Assembly: GCA_002269645.1 (NCBI GenBank)
Contig: NIVC01002305.1
Span: forward strand, 62,001 to 126,000
Length of the DNA: 64,000 nt
From: Macrostomum lignano
Taxonomy: Eukaryota
Direction: 5' to 3'
Position 1 is the stretch's first letter, and each line of letters begins with the position of its first letter. The notes below the pieces were generated by a model, which worked only from the letters and a program-made list of their open reading frames with translations, made no database searches and was not told the DNA's origin. Below, piece by piece: positions 38,601 through 48,775 of this stretch. The translations under genes and the position numbers were made by a program.

Positions 38601-41600
38601 GATGGAACAGATAGACAGGTGGGAGATGGGACTGATGGACAGGTGGGAGATGGAACTGATGGACAGGTAGGAGATGGAACAGATAGACAGGTAGGATATG
38701 GAACTGATGGACAGGTAGGAGACGAAACTGATAGACAGGTAGGAGATGGAACAGATAGACAGGTAGGATATGGAACTGATGGACAGGTAGGAGATGGAAC
38801 AGATAGACAGGTAGGATATGGAACTGATGGACAGGTAAGGAGATGGAACTGATAGACAGGTGGGAGATGGAACTGATGGACAGGTAGGAGATGGAATAGA
38901 TAGACAGGTGGGAGATGGGACTGATGGACAGATGGGAGATGGAACTGATGGACAGGTGGGAGATGGAATAGATAGACAGGTGGGAGATGGAACAGATAGA
39001 CAGGTGGGAGATGGGACTGATGGTCAGGTGGGAGATGGGACTGATGGACAGGTGGGAGATGGGACTGATAGACAGGTGGGAGACGGGACTAATAAACAGG
39101 TGACCACATAGACCAGCACTCACCCTGTGCTCCACCTCTGTACAACCGTAGTCGCCAATCTTCACAACCAGATTGTCAGTCAATCGACAGTTCCTGGCGC
39201 CAATATCCTGATAGATGAATCCTTTCTCGTTGAGAACTGCCAGGCCTCGGCAGGCTTGGGAAGCAAATCGGAGAGCGAGCGAGTCCTCCAAACACCTGTG
39301 ACCGCCGTCCGTGATGAGCGAGCGGAGGTACGACTTCAGGTCCGTCTGGAAATGGTAGATGGAACAAATTGTTCATCAGCGAATAGTTTTCTCTACTTAC
39401 TACTAACGAGTGAGTTATAAGTAGCAGGCTTGCAAATAGTAAGTAAATTAGTTTGAAAATGTTATTTCAACTCGATGAAATTCACTCCCCTGTGAGACAG
39501 TTGGATAAGTGGGAGATAGGACTGATGAATATACAGGTAGGAGATGAGACTGATGGACAGGTAGGGGATCGGAGATGGGACTGATGGACCTGTGGCAGAT
39601 GGGACTGTTGAACAGGTAGGAGATGGGACTGATGAATAGATATAAGATGGGACTGATGGACATGTAGGAGATGAGACTGATGGACAGGTAGGAGATGGGA
39701 CTGATGGATAGATATAAGATGGGACTGATGGATAGATATAAGATGGGACTGATGGATAGATATAAGATGGGACTGATGGACATGTAGGAGATGGGACTGA
39801 TGGACATGTAGGAGATGGGACTGATGGACAGGTGGGAGATGGAACTGTAGAATCGATAAAAATGTGGATCATGCCATCATCATGGTGATAAGATTGACAT
39901 TTCTCACCAGGGTAGTCTCCATGACAGCCAGGTAGGGCTCCGCTGTGGTGCACAGGCCCATCAGTTTTAGCACGCACGGATCAACGCACTCTTTATAAGC
40001 TTGAATATCCGCCAGGAAGTGCAGCCGGTCTTTCTCGGCCAGTTCAACCGAGGCTTCGTTGGACAGCAGGCGAACGATCACTCGCGATCGGAGAGTTTCG
40101 CCGTACCGGTTGCACTCGGCATCGATGACGGGGCCGAACCAGGCCTGGCCCAGTTCGCTTAGGAAGAAAAGGTGCTTCCGATCCATGTGGAGCAGGTTCG
40201 GGACTGCTTGGGGACAAGGGTGATGGACACGACTGTCTGACAACTGATGGACACGACTGTCTAACAAGTGATGGACACGACTGTGACAGATGATGGACAA
40301 GACTGTCTAACAGATGATGGACAAGACTGTCTGACAGGTGATCGACACGACTGTCTAACAGATTATGGACACGACTGTCTGGCAAATGCTGGACACGACT
40401 GTCTGACAGCTGATGGACAAGATTGTCGACTGATGGACAAACAAGTGATGGACACGACTGTCTAACAGGTGATGGACACGACTGTCTAACAGGTGATGGA
40501 CACGACTGTCTAATAGATGATGGACACGACTGTCTAACAGGTGATGGACACGACTGTCTAACAGGTGATGGACACGACTGTCTAATAGATGATGGACACG
40601 ACTGTCTAACAGGTGATGGACACGACTGTCTGACAGGTGATGGACACGACTGTCTAACAGGTGATGGATACGACTGTCTAACAGGTGATGGACACGACTG
40701 TCTGACAGATGATGGACACGACTGTCTGACAGATGATGGACACGACTGTCTGACAGATGATCGACACGACTGTCTAACAGATTATGGACACGACTGTCTG
40801 GCAAATGCTGGACACGACTGTCTGACAGCTGATGGACACGATTGTCGACTGATGGACAAACAAGTGATGGACACGACTGTCTAACAGGTGATGGACACGA
40901 CTGTCTAACAGGTGATGGACACGACTGTCTAATAGATGATGGACACGACTGTCTAACAGGTGATGGACACGACTGTCTGACAGGTGATGGACACGACTGT
41001 CTAACAGGTGATGGATACGACTGTCTAACAGGTGATGGACACGACTGTCTGACAGATGATGGACACGACTGTCTGACAGATGATGGACACGACTGTCTGA
41101 CAGATGATCGACACGACTGTCTAACAGATTATGGACACGACTGTCTGGCAAATGCTGGACACGACTGTCTGACAGCTGATGGACACGATTGTCGACTGAT
41201 GGACAAACAAGTGATGGACACGACTGTCTAACAGGTGATGGACACGACTGTCTAATAGATGATGGACACGACTGTCTAACAGGTGATGGACACGACTGTC
41301 TAACAGGTGATGGACACGACTGTCTAATAGATGATGGACACGACTGTCTGACAGGTGATGGACACGACTGTCTAACAGGTGATGGACACGACTGTCTAAC
41401 AAGTGATGGACACGACTGTCTAACAGGTGATGGACACGACTGTCTAACAGGTGATGGACACGACTGTCTAATAGGTGATGGACACGACTGTCTAACAGCT
41501 GATGGACACGACTGTCTGACAGGTGATCGACACGACTGTCTAACAGGTGATGGACACGACTGTCTAACAAGTGATGGACACGACTGTCTAACAGGTGATG

Positions 41601-42352
41601 GACACGACTGTCTAACAGGTGATGGACACGACTGTCTAACAGGTGATGGACACGACTGTCTAACAGGTGATGGACACGACTGTCTAATAGGTGATGGACA
41701 CGACTGACTGACAGCTGATGGACACGACTGTCTAACAGGTGATGGACACGACTGTCTGACAAAGACGATGGATAAGACTATCTAAAGGGTGTGGACAAAT
41801 GTTACAAAAATCTAACAGGCCCATTGCTAGAAGCCATGAACCATAAAGAACTCACGCAGAATAACACCAGCAGACTTTGGCACCAATTCGAAACTCAATC
41901 GCATTCTTGGTCGCAGGAAATTCTTCGGCTTCTGTTGTACAATCGCGGCCAGATCATGGGAAGAACCAGCAGTTGATCGAATTCCAGTCGCCTCATTGTT
42001 CATCGATATTGAAGCATCATTTGGCGGTGGCAGCATGCCAAATTCAGTCATTGTGCGATTGTCAGCCTGTGAAGCTGTGATATTTGCTGTAGACTGCGAC
42101 TCTGTGATGCTCTGATTCCAATCTCCATCTAGCACAAAGTTCTGTGAAATTGAAAAACAAGTTATAGAACTTGAGCTATGCTCTGAAACATAAATTATTT
42201 AAATAGAATCTGCTTACCTTATATAAGTCAATATTTTTACAGCAAGATGTGCATTGAAACACCAGGACTCCAATTGCAAAAAAACAGGCAGTAGCCAAAA
42301 TTGCAAATAAAATGGTGGATGACAATGGTAGGCTAGAAATATCTTGTAGCAT
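35636..42352 (-). CDS. Lemur tyrosine kinase / AATK (LMTK)-like single-pass membrane kinase, ~469 aa, possible pseudokinase
   Basis: Exons 42352-42218 (TM followed by CC), 42141-41856, 40206-39908, 39345-39124, 37294-37164, 36956-36750, 35765-35636; GT-AG and phase-compatible. LMTK hallmarks ELGQAWFG, YQDIGARNC, KIGDYG, IPLRWLAPE, NVWSMGV. Confidence 0.85.
36071..36704. mobile_element. hAT-type MITE in kinase intron 6 containing a 21-22-bp minisatellite (36200-36590)
   Basis: Ends CAGGAGCCACCGGGG... and ...CATGGCGACGCCCCTT. 8-bp TSD ATTACCAT (36063-36070) / ATTACTAT (36705-36712). Internal unit aaatgagtgcctgcggcgcta; a relic of the same unit lies at ~298-345. Confidence 0.75.
37330..39105. 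repeat. 24-bp minisatellite, kinase intron 4
   Basis: Unit gatggacaggtgggagatgg(g/a)act, ~73 copies. Confidence 0.97.
39500..39845. repeat. 24-bp minisatellite of the same family, kinase intron 3
   Basis: Unit gatggacaggtaggagatgggact with variants. Confidence 0.9.
40215..41765. repeat. 24-bp minisatellite with higher-order structure, kinase intron 2
   Basis: Unit gatggacacgactgtctaacaggt; a variant block recurs at offsets of 419 and 347 bp. Confidence 0.95.
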
Positions 42353-43614
42353 TTTGTAGCAATTGATTTTACTAAGTCTGGAACTAATAATATAGTGGTA
42401 CAAATATCTATGCAAATATATTTCTTAGTTTTAGATGTGATATTTATTTAGAATATTATTGATAAAAAATTAAGGCATTGTTAGTAAAAAAAGTGTCTAA
42501 TTAAGTGATATAATTTCTTTTTATCTAATATTTTTAACCAATTATATTATATTATTATAAAACAATTTTCTTAGAATATTAAGATAGGCCTAATTAATTT
42601 TTAAAAACAATTATCCTTAACTATATATACTAGCTAACTTTCAGTTTGAGTCTTGCGTAATTCTTAATTTTTAGTCATTCTTGTCCCAACCTTTCAAAGA
42701 ATAAAGATAAAACATATTGATTATTTAAATTATAATAATACTTTTTTAAAATACTCAAAAACAAAAAAGCTTAAAATAAAAAAATAGACATTTATATAAT
42801 TGTAACAAGGTATTAAAAAACTAAAAAACCAACACTTTCTATTATTCTAGAAAATACTGTGTCAGTTCATTCATAGTTCAGCTTAGCATTAGTTAGTTTG
42901 GTAACTAAAAAGATGTAAATCTAAATTTTGTAACTGGAAGAACAATCGCATACTAAAATAGCTAATTTAAATAATGAGATACTGGCACTCGGATTTTACA
43001 GTAAAATTAGATTAAAGTACTAATGCAAACAATGCCCTGACTACATATTTCAAGAAATGTAAAATGCAGTCTTTGAATCCTTGAAATTTATTAAATTGCA
43101 TTCGATAAAAGCAGAAATATTCGTGAAAACACACTGAACTCACTAGACAAAGAAAGAACGAAAAATAAGGAAAAGAATTGATTTGAAAAGGGTGAATGTA
43201 TATCCACATGTACTAATACTTAGGTTGCATTCCTAGAACTTCGTAAAATCGAATCTTATAAGATTTAGTCTACAGAGTGAAACAAACTATGATCAATAAT
43301 ATCATCAAAAGCCAAGAAAATAATCAAAAAAGTCATAGAAATAAAAAGCCACTTAGCAGCATGCTTTTAATTATAAGTAATCCATTACCTATTTTCATTT
43401 TGGCTTCATTATTGCGCCACTATCACTGCGAGCTTCGAGCTATATATTTTACTTTTACGCCTGAATTGCAGCTCTGTCAGTGTCAAAATTGCATCGAAAA
43501 CAATTTAAAAAGTACATTTTGACTTTCTCATTGTCCATCATTGAAAAATTCGCGTGCTACGTGCATTGAGAGAATTACATACTATATAATTCTGCAGAGC
43601 AATGGATAAATAAT

Positions 43615-43732
43615 CAGCGGTCGCAGTGCGTGACAACGATTGTCTATGGCTCGCGCCTACCGGCGCTCTGCCGGCGTTCTCCTGCTCTACCGGCGCTCGC
43701 CAGACAATCGTTGTCACGCACTGGGACCACTG
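43615..43732. mobile_element. 118-bp foldback/MITE with ~30-bp terminal inverted repeats
   Basis: cagcggtcgcagtgcgtgacaacgattgtct vs agacaatcgttgtcacgcactgggaccactg: 22-bp perfect core and 2 mismatches overall. Internal ctaccggcgctc occurs twice. No TSD found. Confidence 0.8.
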
Positions 43733-44765
43733 ATTCTTTGCATTGTTTTTCTGTTTGACGATCCTACAGCTAGACAATACATAATATGGTTTGTAGTAAA
43801 GTTCTGCATTAAAATGTGAATAATGATCGTCTAATTGCTAAACAATGTCTAGACCATTACAAACCAGACTCTATTTTTACGCGTATTAATGTACCAAGCA
43901 ACTTCAGTTATACTGTACATGTACAGTGTATATTACATGTACAGTAAAACTGATGATCGTTTCAGAAAAACTCCTATTATGTAACACGCCGAATCGATCT
44001 GGTTTTCTAGGCACATGAATCAAATCATTTATTTATTTATCATGCAAGGGCAGAAAGTCAAATAAAGAAAATTGTTTAGTGTTGGATAAAACTTCCAGAA
44101 ATGATGAGAAATCCCGGCCTCCTGGCTCCTATTATTTCTCTCCTGCTCTTCCGATAACATGTACTTTGTGATCAAATACTTTGTGATCGAAAATCATGTA
44201 CAGAAATAAATTCTTGTTTCAAAAATGCACATGCAGTTTATGCAAATGTTTGCAGTCATTATAAAAACCTTAACTAATGCAGAGCTTGCTCATAAAAATT
44301 GAAGGGGCGCCATAGTGCATTAATTTCTCACCCAATCCCGACCATATCTCAGCGGTTGAACTGTCTACGAGTATAAAAACCACACGAAACCATTTTGTGT
44401 GCATGAACTTTTAGAGGGACGAGTTGTAGTCGAAATTTGCACATTTACGAGCAACATTTAAACGTTTCTTTCCGCTAATCACACCAGAATGTGCATGAAG
44501 CGCGCCAACGCGTACTCCTACGCCAGAGAACTCAGCTTGACTCAGATCTTCGGGGCAGTATCCGCTTTGCTCAGACTTTTAGCTCGTATTAATACTTCAA
44601 GCCACAACTCAGAACACTGCAGCTATAGCTGATCGGTTGTACAGATAAAGTATACAAACAGCTACATTTACATACATAGAAGCTGTCCACCACAACACAA
44701 AATAAATACTGAGTGCTAAATTGAAAAGATATCGAAACCTAGCCACTGAAAAATCCATTCAGATC

Positions 44766-47700
44766 ATGTTTTCCAATCTACTGTCAGCATTTTTCCAATC
44801 AATCGCTGTTGTCTTCATGCAGGCTTCTTCAATTCAGCAGTCAACTGATGAACCGACTGACCAAGAGTTCATGACGGCGATAGCCGCTGGTAATCTGGCC
44901 TTAATTCGCCACTGTTTGAAAAAGCGATCAATGAGTAGTTTTGATAGATTGATCAGTTTCCATGGAAATCAGTTGTCGCCACTACATTTGGCGTGCGCCA
45001 CTGAAAACAGCAAAGTTGTTGATCAGTTGACTAGTCTCGGCTTTGACGGGAACATTCAGGATCGAAGCAATGGCGCCGCGCCGCTGCACATCGCCTGTCA
45101 GTCCGGTCGGCCGGCTTCCGTTGAGCCACTCATCAAAGCGCAGGCCGATGTCAATCTGACTGACAGACACGGCGCCTCGCCTCTGTTCATCGCTGCCCAG
45201 GATGGTCATCATCAGATTGTCAGCCTGCTGATCCGGGCCAAAGCTGACGTGAATTTGGCCGCTAAGAATGGCATGACATCGCTGCATATTGCGTCTCAAG
45301 AAGGCAATTATCAGGTTGTCGAGCTGCTTATTCAAGCCTTGGCCAATGTTAATATTCGAGATAGAGAAGGTGCCACACCTCTATACCTTGCTTCGCAGAA
45401 TGATCACATAAAGGTAGTTCGTCTGTTAATTAAAGCTGGAGCAATGCTGAACAGCCAGACTAACAAGAAGATGTCGCCATTGCACGTTGCATCGCAGAAT
45501 GGTCACCAGAGAATTGTGCAGGCCCTTGTTAATGCCGGTGCCAATGTCAACAGCCAGCAATCTGACGGTGCGACGCCTCTGTACTTCGCATCGCAGAAAG
45601 GTCACTATGCTGTGGCTCTAATCCTTGTCAAAGCTCATGCAGATGTAAATCTTCCAATTCATTATGGTGCCATTCCGCTTCACGTAGCCCTAGTCCAAGG
45701 TCACAATGACGTCATCAAGTTGCTAATCGAAGCTCGCTCTGATGTTGACTATCCTATGACGAACGGACAAACCCCGCTGTACATCTCAGCCGATCATGGC
45801 AATCGACAGACTGTTCAGTGCCTCATCAACGCCCAGGCCGACGTGAATTGTCGGCGAAGGGACGGAGCCACGCCGCTGTGCATCGCTGCTCAGAACGGTC
45901 ACAGTGCGGTCGTGCAGTCCTTAATCGGAGCTCAAGCCGATGTTGACATTCGAGGATTGAATGAAATGTCGCCTTTGTACCTCGCGGCGCAAGCTGGTCG
46001 GGATCAGGTGGTCAAGCTGCTTGTCGATGCTGGAGCAGCAGTCAATCTGCAGCAGAAGGATGGCGCTACGCCGATGTACATAGCCAGTCAGCAAGGTCAT
46101 CACCGAGTAGTTGAGCTGCTCATCCGAGCTCAAGCCGACGTTAATCTGTCGCGAATCGATGGAGCAACTCCAGTGTGCATTGCTGCTCACTTTGGTCGGG
46201 ATAAAGTGATGGAGTTGCTTATTGAGGCTGGAGCTAACGTAGCAGATGCTGTTTATGATGGTAAGACACCAATACAGATTGCTGCCGAAGAAGGACATTC
46301 GAGGGTGTACGCGGTGTTAAAGAGTGCAGTGCTGAAGATGGACTTGTCGATGGAAGAGGACGATACGATGAACAACTGTCAAGATCCTGGAGCACCTGAA
46401 GACAATGAAAATTGGGATTATGATGAGTGCGTACATTTACAACTGAGTATTTTGTCACTTAGTCCCTGACTCTTTCATTAATTAGTTACCGGACTCGACT
46501 CCCGGTGCAGCTTTATTAACCTGTACATGTAGTTCACTGTGGAATGTTGACCCAGGGCTTCGAGCTCACAATTGCCAACCCCAAGGCACAGATAGTTCCT
46601 TGATAGTTATTTAGTTAGTTAGTTAGCTATTTATACAGTTAGTTAGGTTATATGTAGTTAGTAAGTTGAGTTTAACTTATCCTATTCAGACACGAACTGA
46701 GCCAGCAGCTGCATCAGGCTCTGACTCGATCCGGCTTCACGGACTCCCGGGCCGCTATGCAAAGCTCACTGGCCGACGCCCTGCAGAGAATTCTCCGTCT
46801 GAGATTGAATCACAATGAAATCCACGTAGTTGGCAGCTACTCAGAGGGTTGGGGCAACAATTTGACAACGTTGGACGGCAGGACAGATTTCGAGTCGGAC
46901 ATTGACGTGATGCGGCTGCTGCACGGCAGACTGTATCACCTGAGAAGTGCGTGCCAGTGCGTAGGCAAGGACGTCGAGACTGTGGACTATGACAATGGAC
47001 ACATAGCGTGCAAAGGATTTGGTAATTTGGCTTGGGCTTGAGGAAATGTCTGCATTCTTTTGCATTCTTGTACGTTTAAAATTGGCTGTAGGCCTGATCC
47101 TTACATTGATGAAACTCTGAATCTGAAGCAGTTAGAAGCAGAATTTACAAAAACCATTTAATTTGCACGCAAGACAACGATGGGAAAACGCCCAGTAATC
47201 TTTCTGATAATTCGATTTCTGAATGCCACTTAATTCTCACCACAATCAACCGCATGTCCCGGCAGCGTCAACTCCGGCCAGCGCGTCTGACGGCTCACAC
47301 GCGAAGCCGGCTGTCGATCTGGTGGACGCCTGTCGTCTCTGCTGCTACCCTCCCATCGCCCCGCTACAGCCAGACAGAATCGCCAAGTCCAACATTACCC
47401 AGTCGGTGCTTCGGTCGCTCAATCGCGAATTGACGTCGCCTTCGTCGCCCTGTCACGTGGTGCACGCAGCTCCTCCCGGACAGGGGGGAGAACAACTCAG
47501 AGTGAGCACAACCTTCTTGGAGAGGCGTCTTTTGCGGAGCCTTAGCACCCTTCAGGGCCAGCTGTTCGTTGCATTGAAGTACCTAGTTAAGAAGGTCATC
47601 TGTCACGACGACGGCTTCAAAGTGAAAGGTTTAAAAGCCTATCATGCCAAGACGATCACGTTCCAGATGCTGGAAGCGACTCCCGCTGATCAATGGAAGC

Positions 47701-48713
47701 CGGAAAACCTGGTAGGCCTCATCAGGCAGTCGCTGCAGAGGCTGCTGGACAACTTGGAGAGCGCCTGCAACTCGGACAGCGCTGAGGGGCCAATCATGAG
47801 TCACTTCTTTCTGTGCGACACGGCCCTCTATCTGAAAGGCGTGGACCGCAGTTCGTCTGAGAAAATGAAGCTGGTCCTAACAAACGCTGCTACTGGGTTG
47901 AGAAAGACCATCGATCAGCTTCCTAGGCTACTGTTGAAGTTCAAAGCCAATCTGAGAGAGGTTACAAACTCTGGCAGGTTCTACTTTCATCCGTTTCTCA
48001 TCCTGCCGAATTTGCAAGCTAATCCGGTTAGCAGCACAGCTGCAAGTCTCGAATATCACGAGATCTTTGATGTAGTGAGGGAGTCTCTGGTTCAACTGGC
48101 TGAAGAAGATTGCAGCGCTACTGCGCAGGAGAATCTGGCTAAGCTCATTGCCAGATTGCCTGATTGTGCTCTGACTGCTCGAGAGTCGCTAAAGGTGCTG
48201 GCTTGTCTTAAGTTTAGCTATCGAGATGCCGCTGTCAGGACGCTGGCCTATTGTGACAGGCACGAGGTGAGCCGGGGAATTCCCTGGTCAGCTAATCAAT
48301 CCAGGGCAGAGGCTACTGCCGAACTTGTGATGCAATTTATGAAGGCCAACGACTCCGCCTGGAAGTTTTGCTTTAAGTTTGCCAAGCGTCCAGAATTGAG
48401 ATTTCTATCGCCGACTCTGGTGCACTGTTTCCCGCAAGTTCTGGAGAATGACGCCAGCTGGTACTTTGTCAATTTTGACGCTCTAATGCAGTGTCTGCGG
48501 CTTGAAATTACGCCTAACGACCTGAGGGCTCAACTTTGGGTTTGGGACGTCGCTAAACGAGAGGATGCCGACGTGCTTGAGCTGATGACGGCCGCTTCTT
48601 ACTGCAACGACAAGAAGCTGATAGACAGATTTATTGAGCGAATTCGCCGGATCAGCTTCATTCCCGACTGGCTGAGAGAAAATCTGAAGTTGAAGCTTCG
48701 AGATGCCTGGTGA
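44766..48713 (+). CDS. Ankyrin-repeat / Mab-21 (cGAS-like receptor, cGLR) fusion protein, ~1146 aa, 3 exons
   Basis: Exons 44766-46426 (14 TPLH-type ANK repeats plus one partial), 46690-47021 (GSYSEG...SDIDVM) and 47266-48713 (VDLV; LRVSTTFLERRLL; LKYLVK; LKAYHAKTITF; W..ENL; SHFFL). Introns GA|gtgcgt..ttcag|A (phase 2) and G|gtaatt..ggcag|CG (phase 1) keep the frame; total 3441 nt. Confidence 0.8.
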
Positions 48714-48775
48714 TAGGGGGTGGGTGGATGCAACACTTCACTTTTTTATTTCCTTTGAGGGCATTAGTAGCTTTA

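Noticed and set aside
37333-39291. 652-aa ORF: kinase subdomains VI-VII followed by (HQFHLLPV)n
   Set aside because: Read-through of kinase exon 4 into a stop-free 24-bp array. A consensus donor at 39123 and acceptor at 37295 restore the kinase. The other array ORFs ([39 protein letters not shown]) are likewise artefacts.
44721-44840. TTG start at 44721 and a signal-peptide-like N-terminus for the ANK protein
   Set aside because: A non-ATG start is unlikely in an animal gene. The hydrophobic stretch after ATG 44766 is weak, a cytosolic NTase is unlikely to be secreted, and the true start may be a later Met or an upstream exon.
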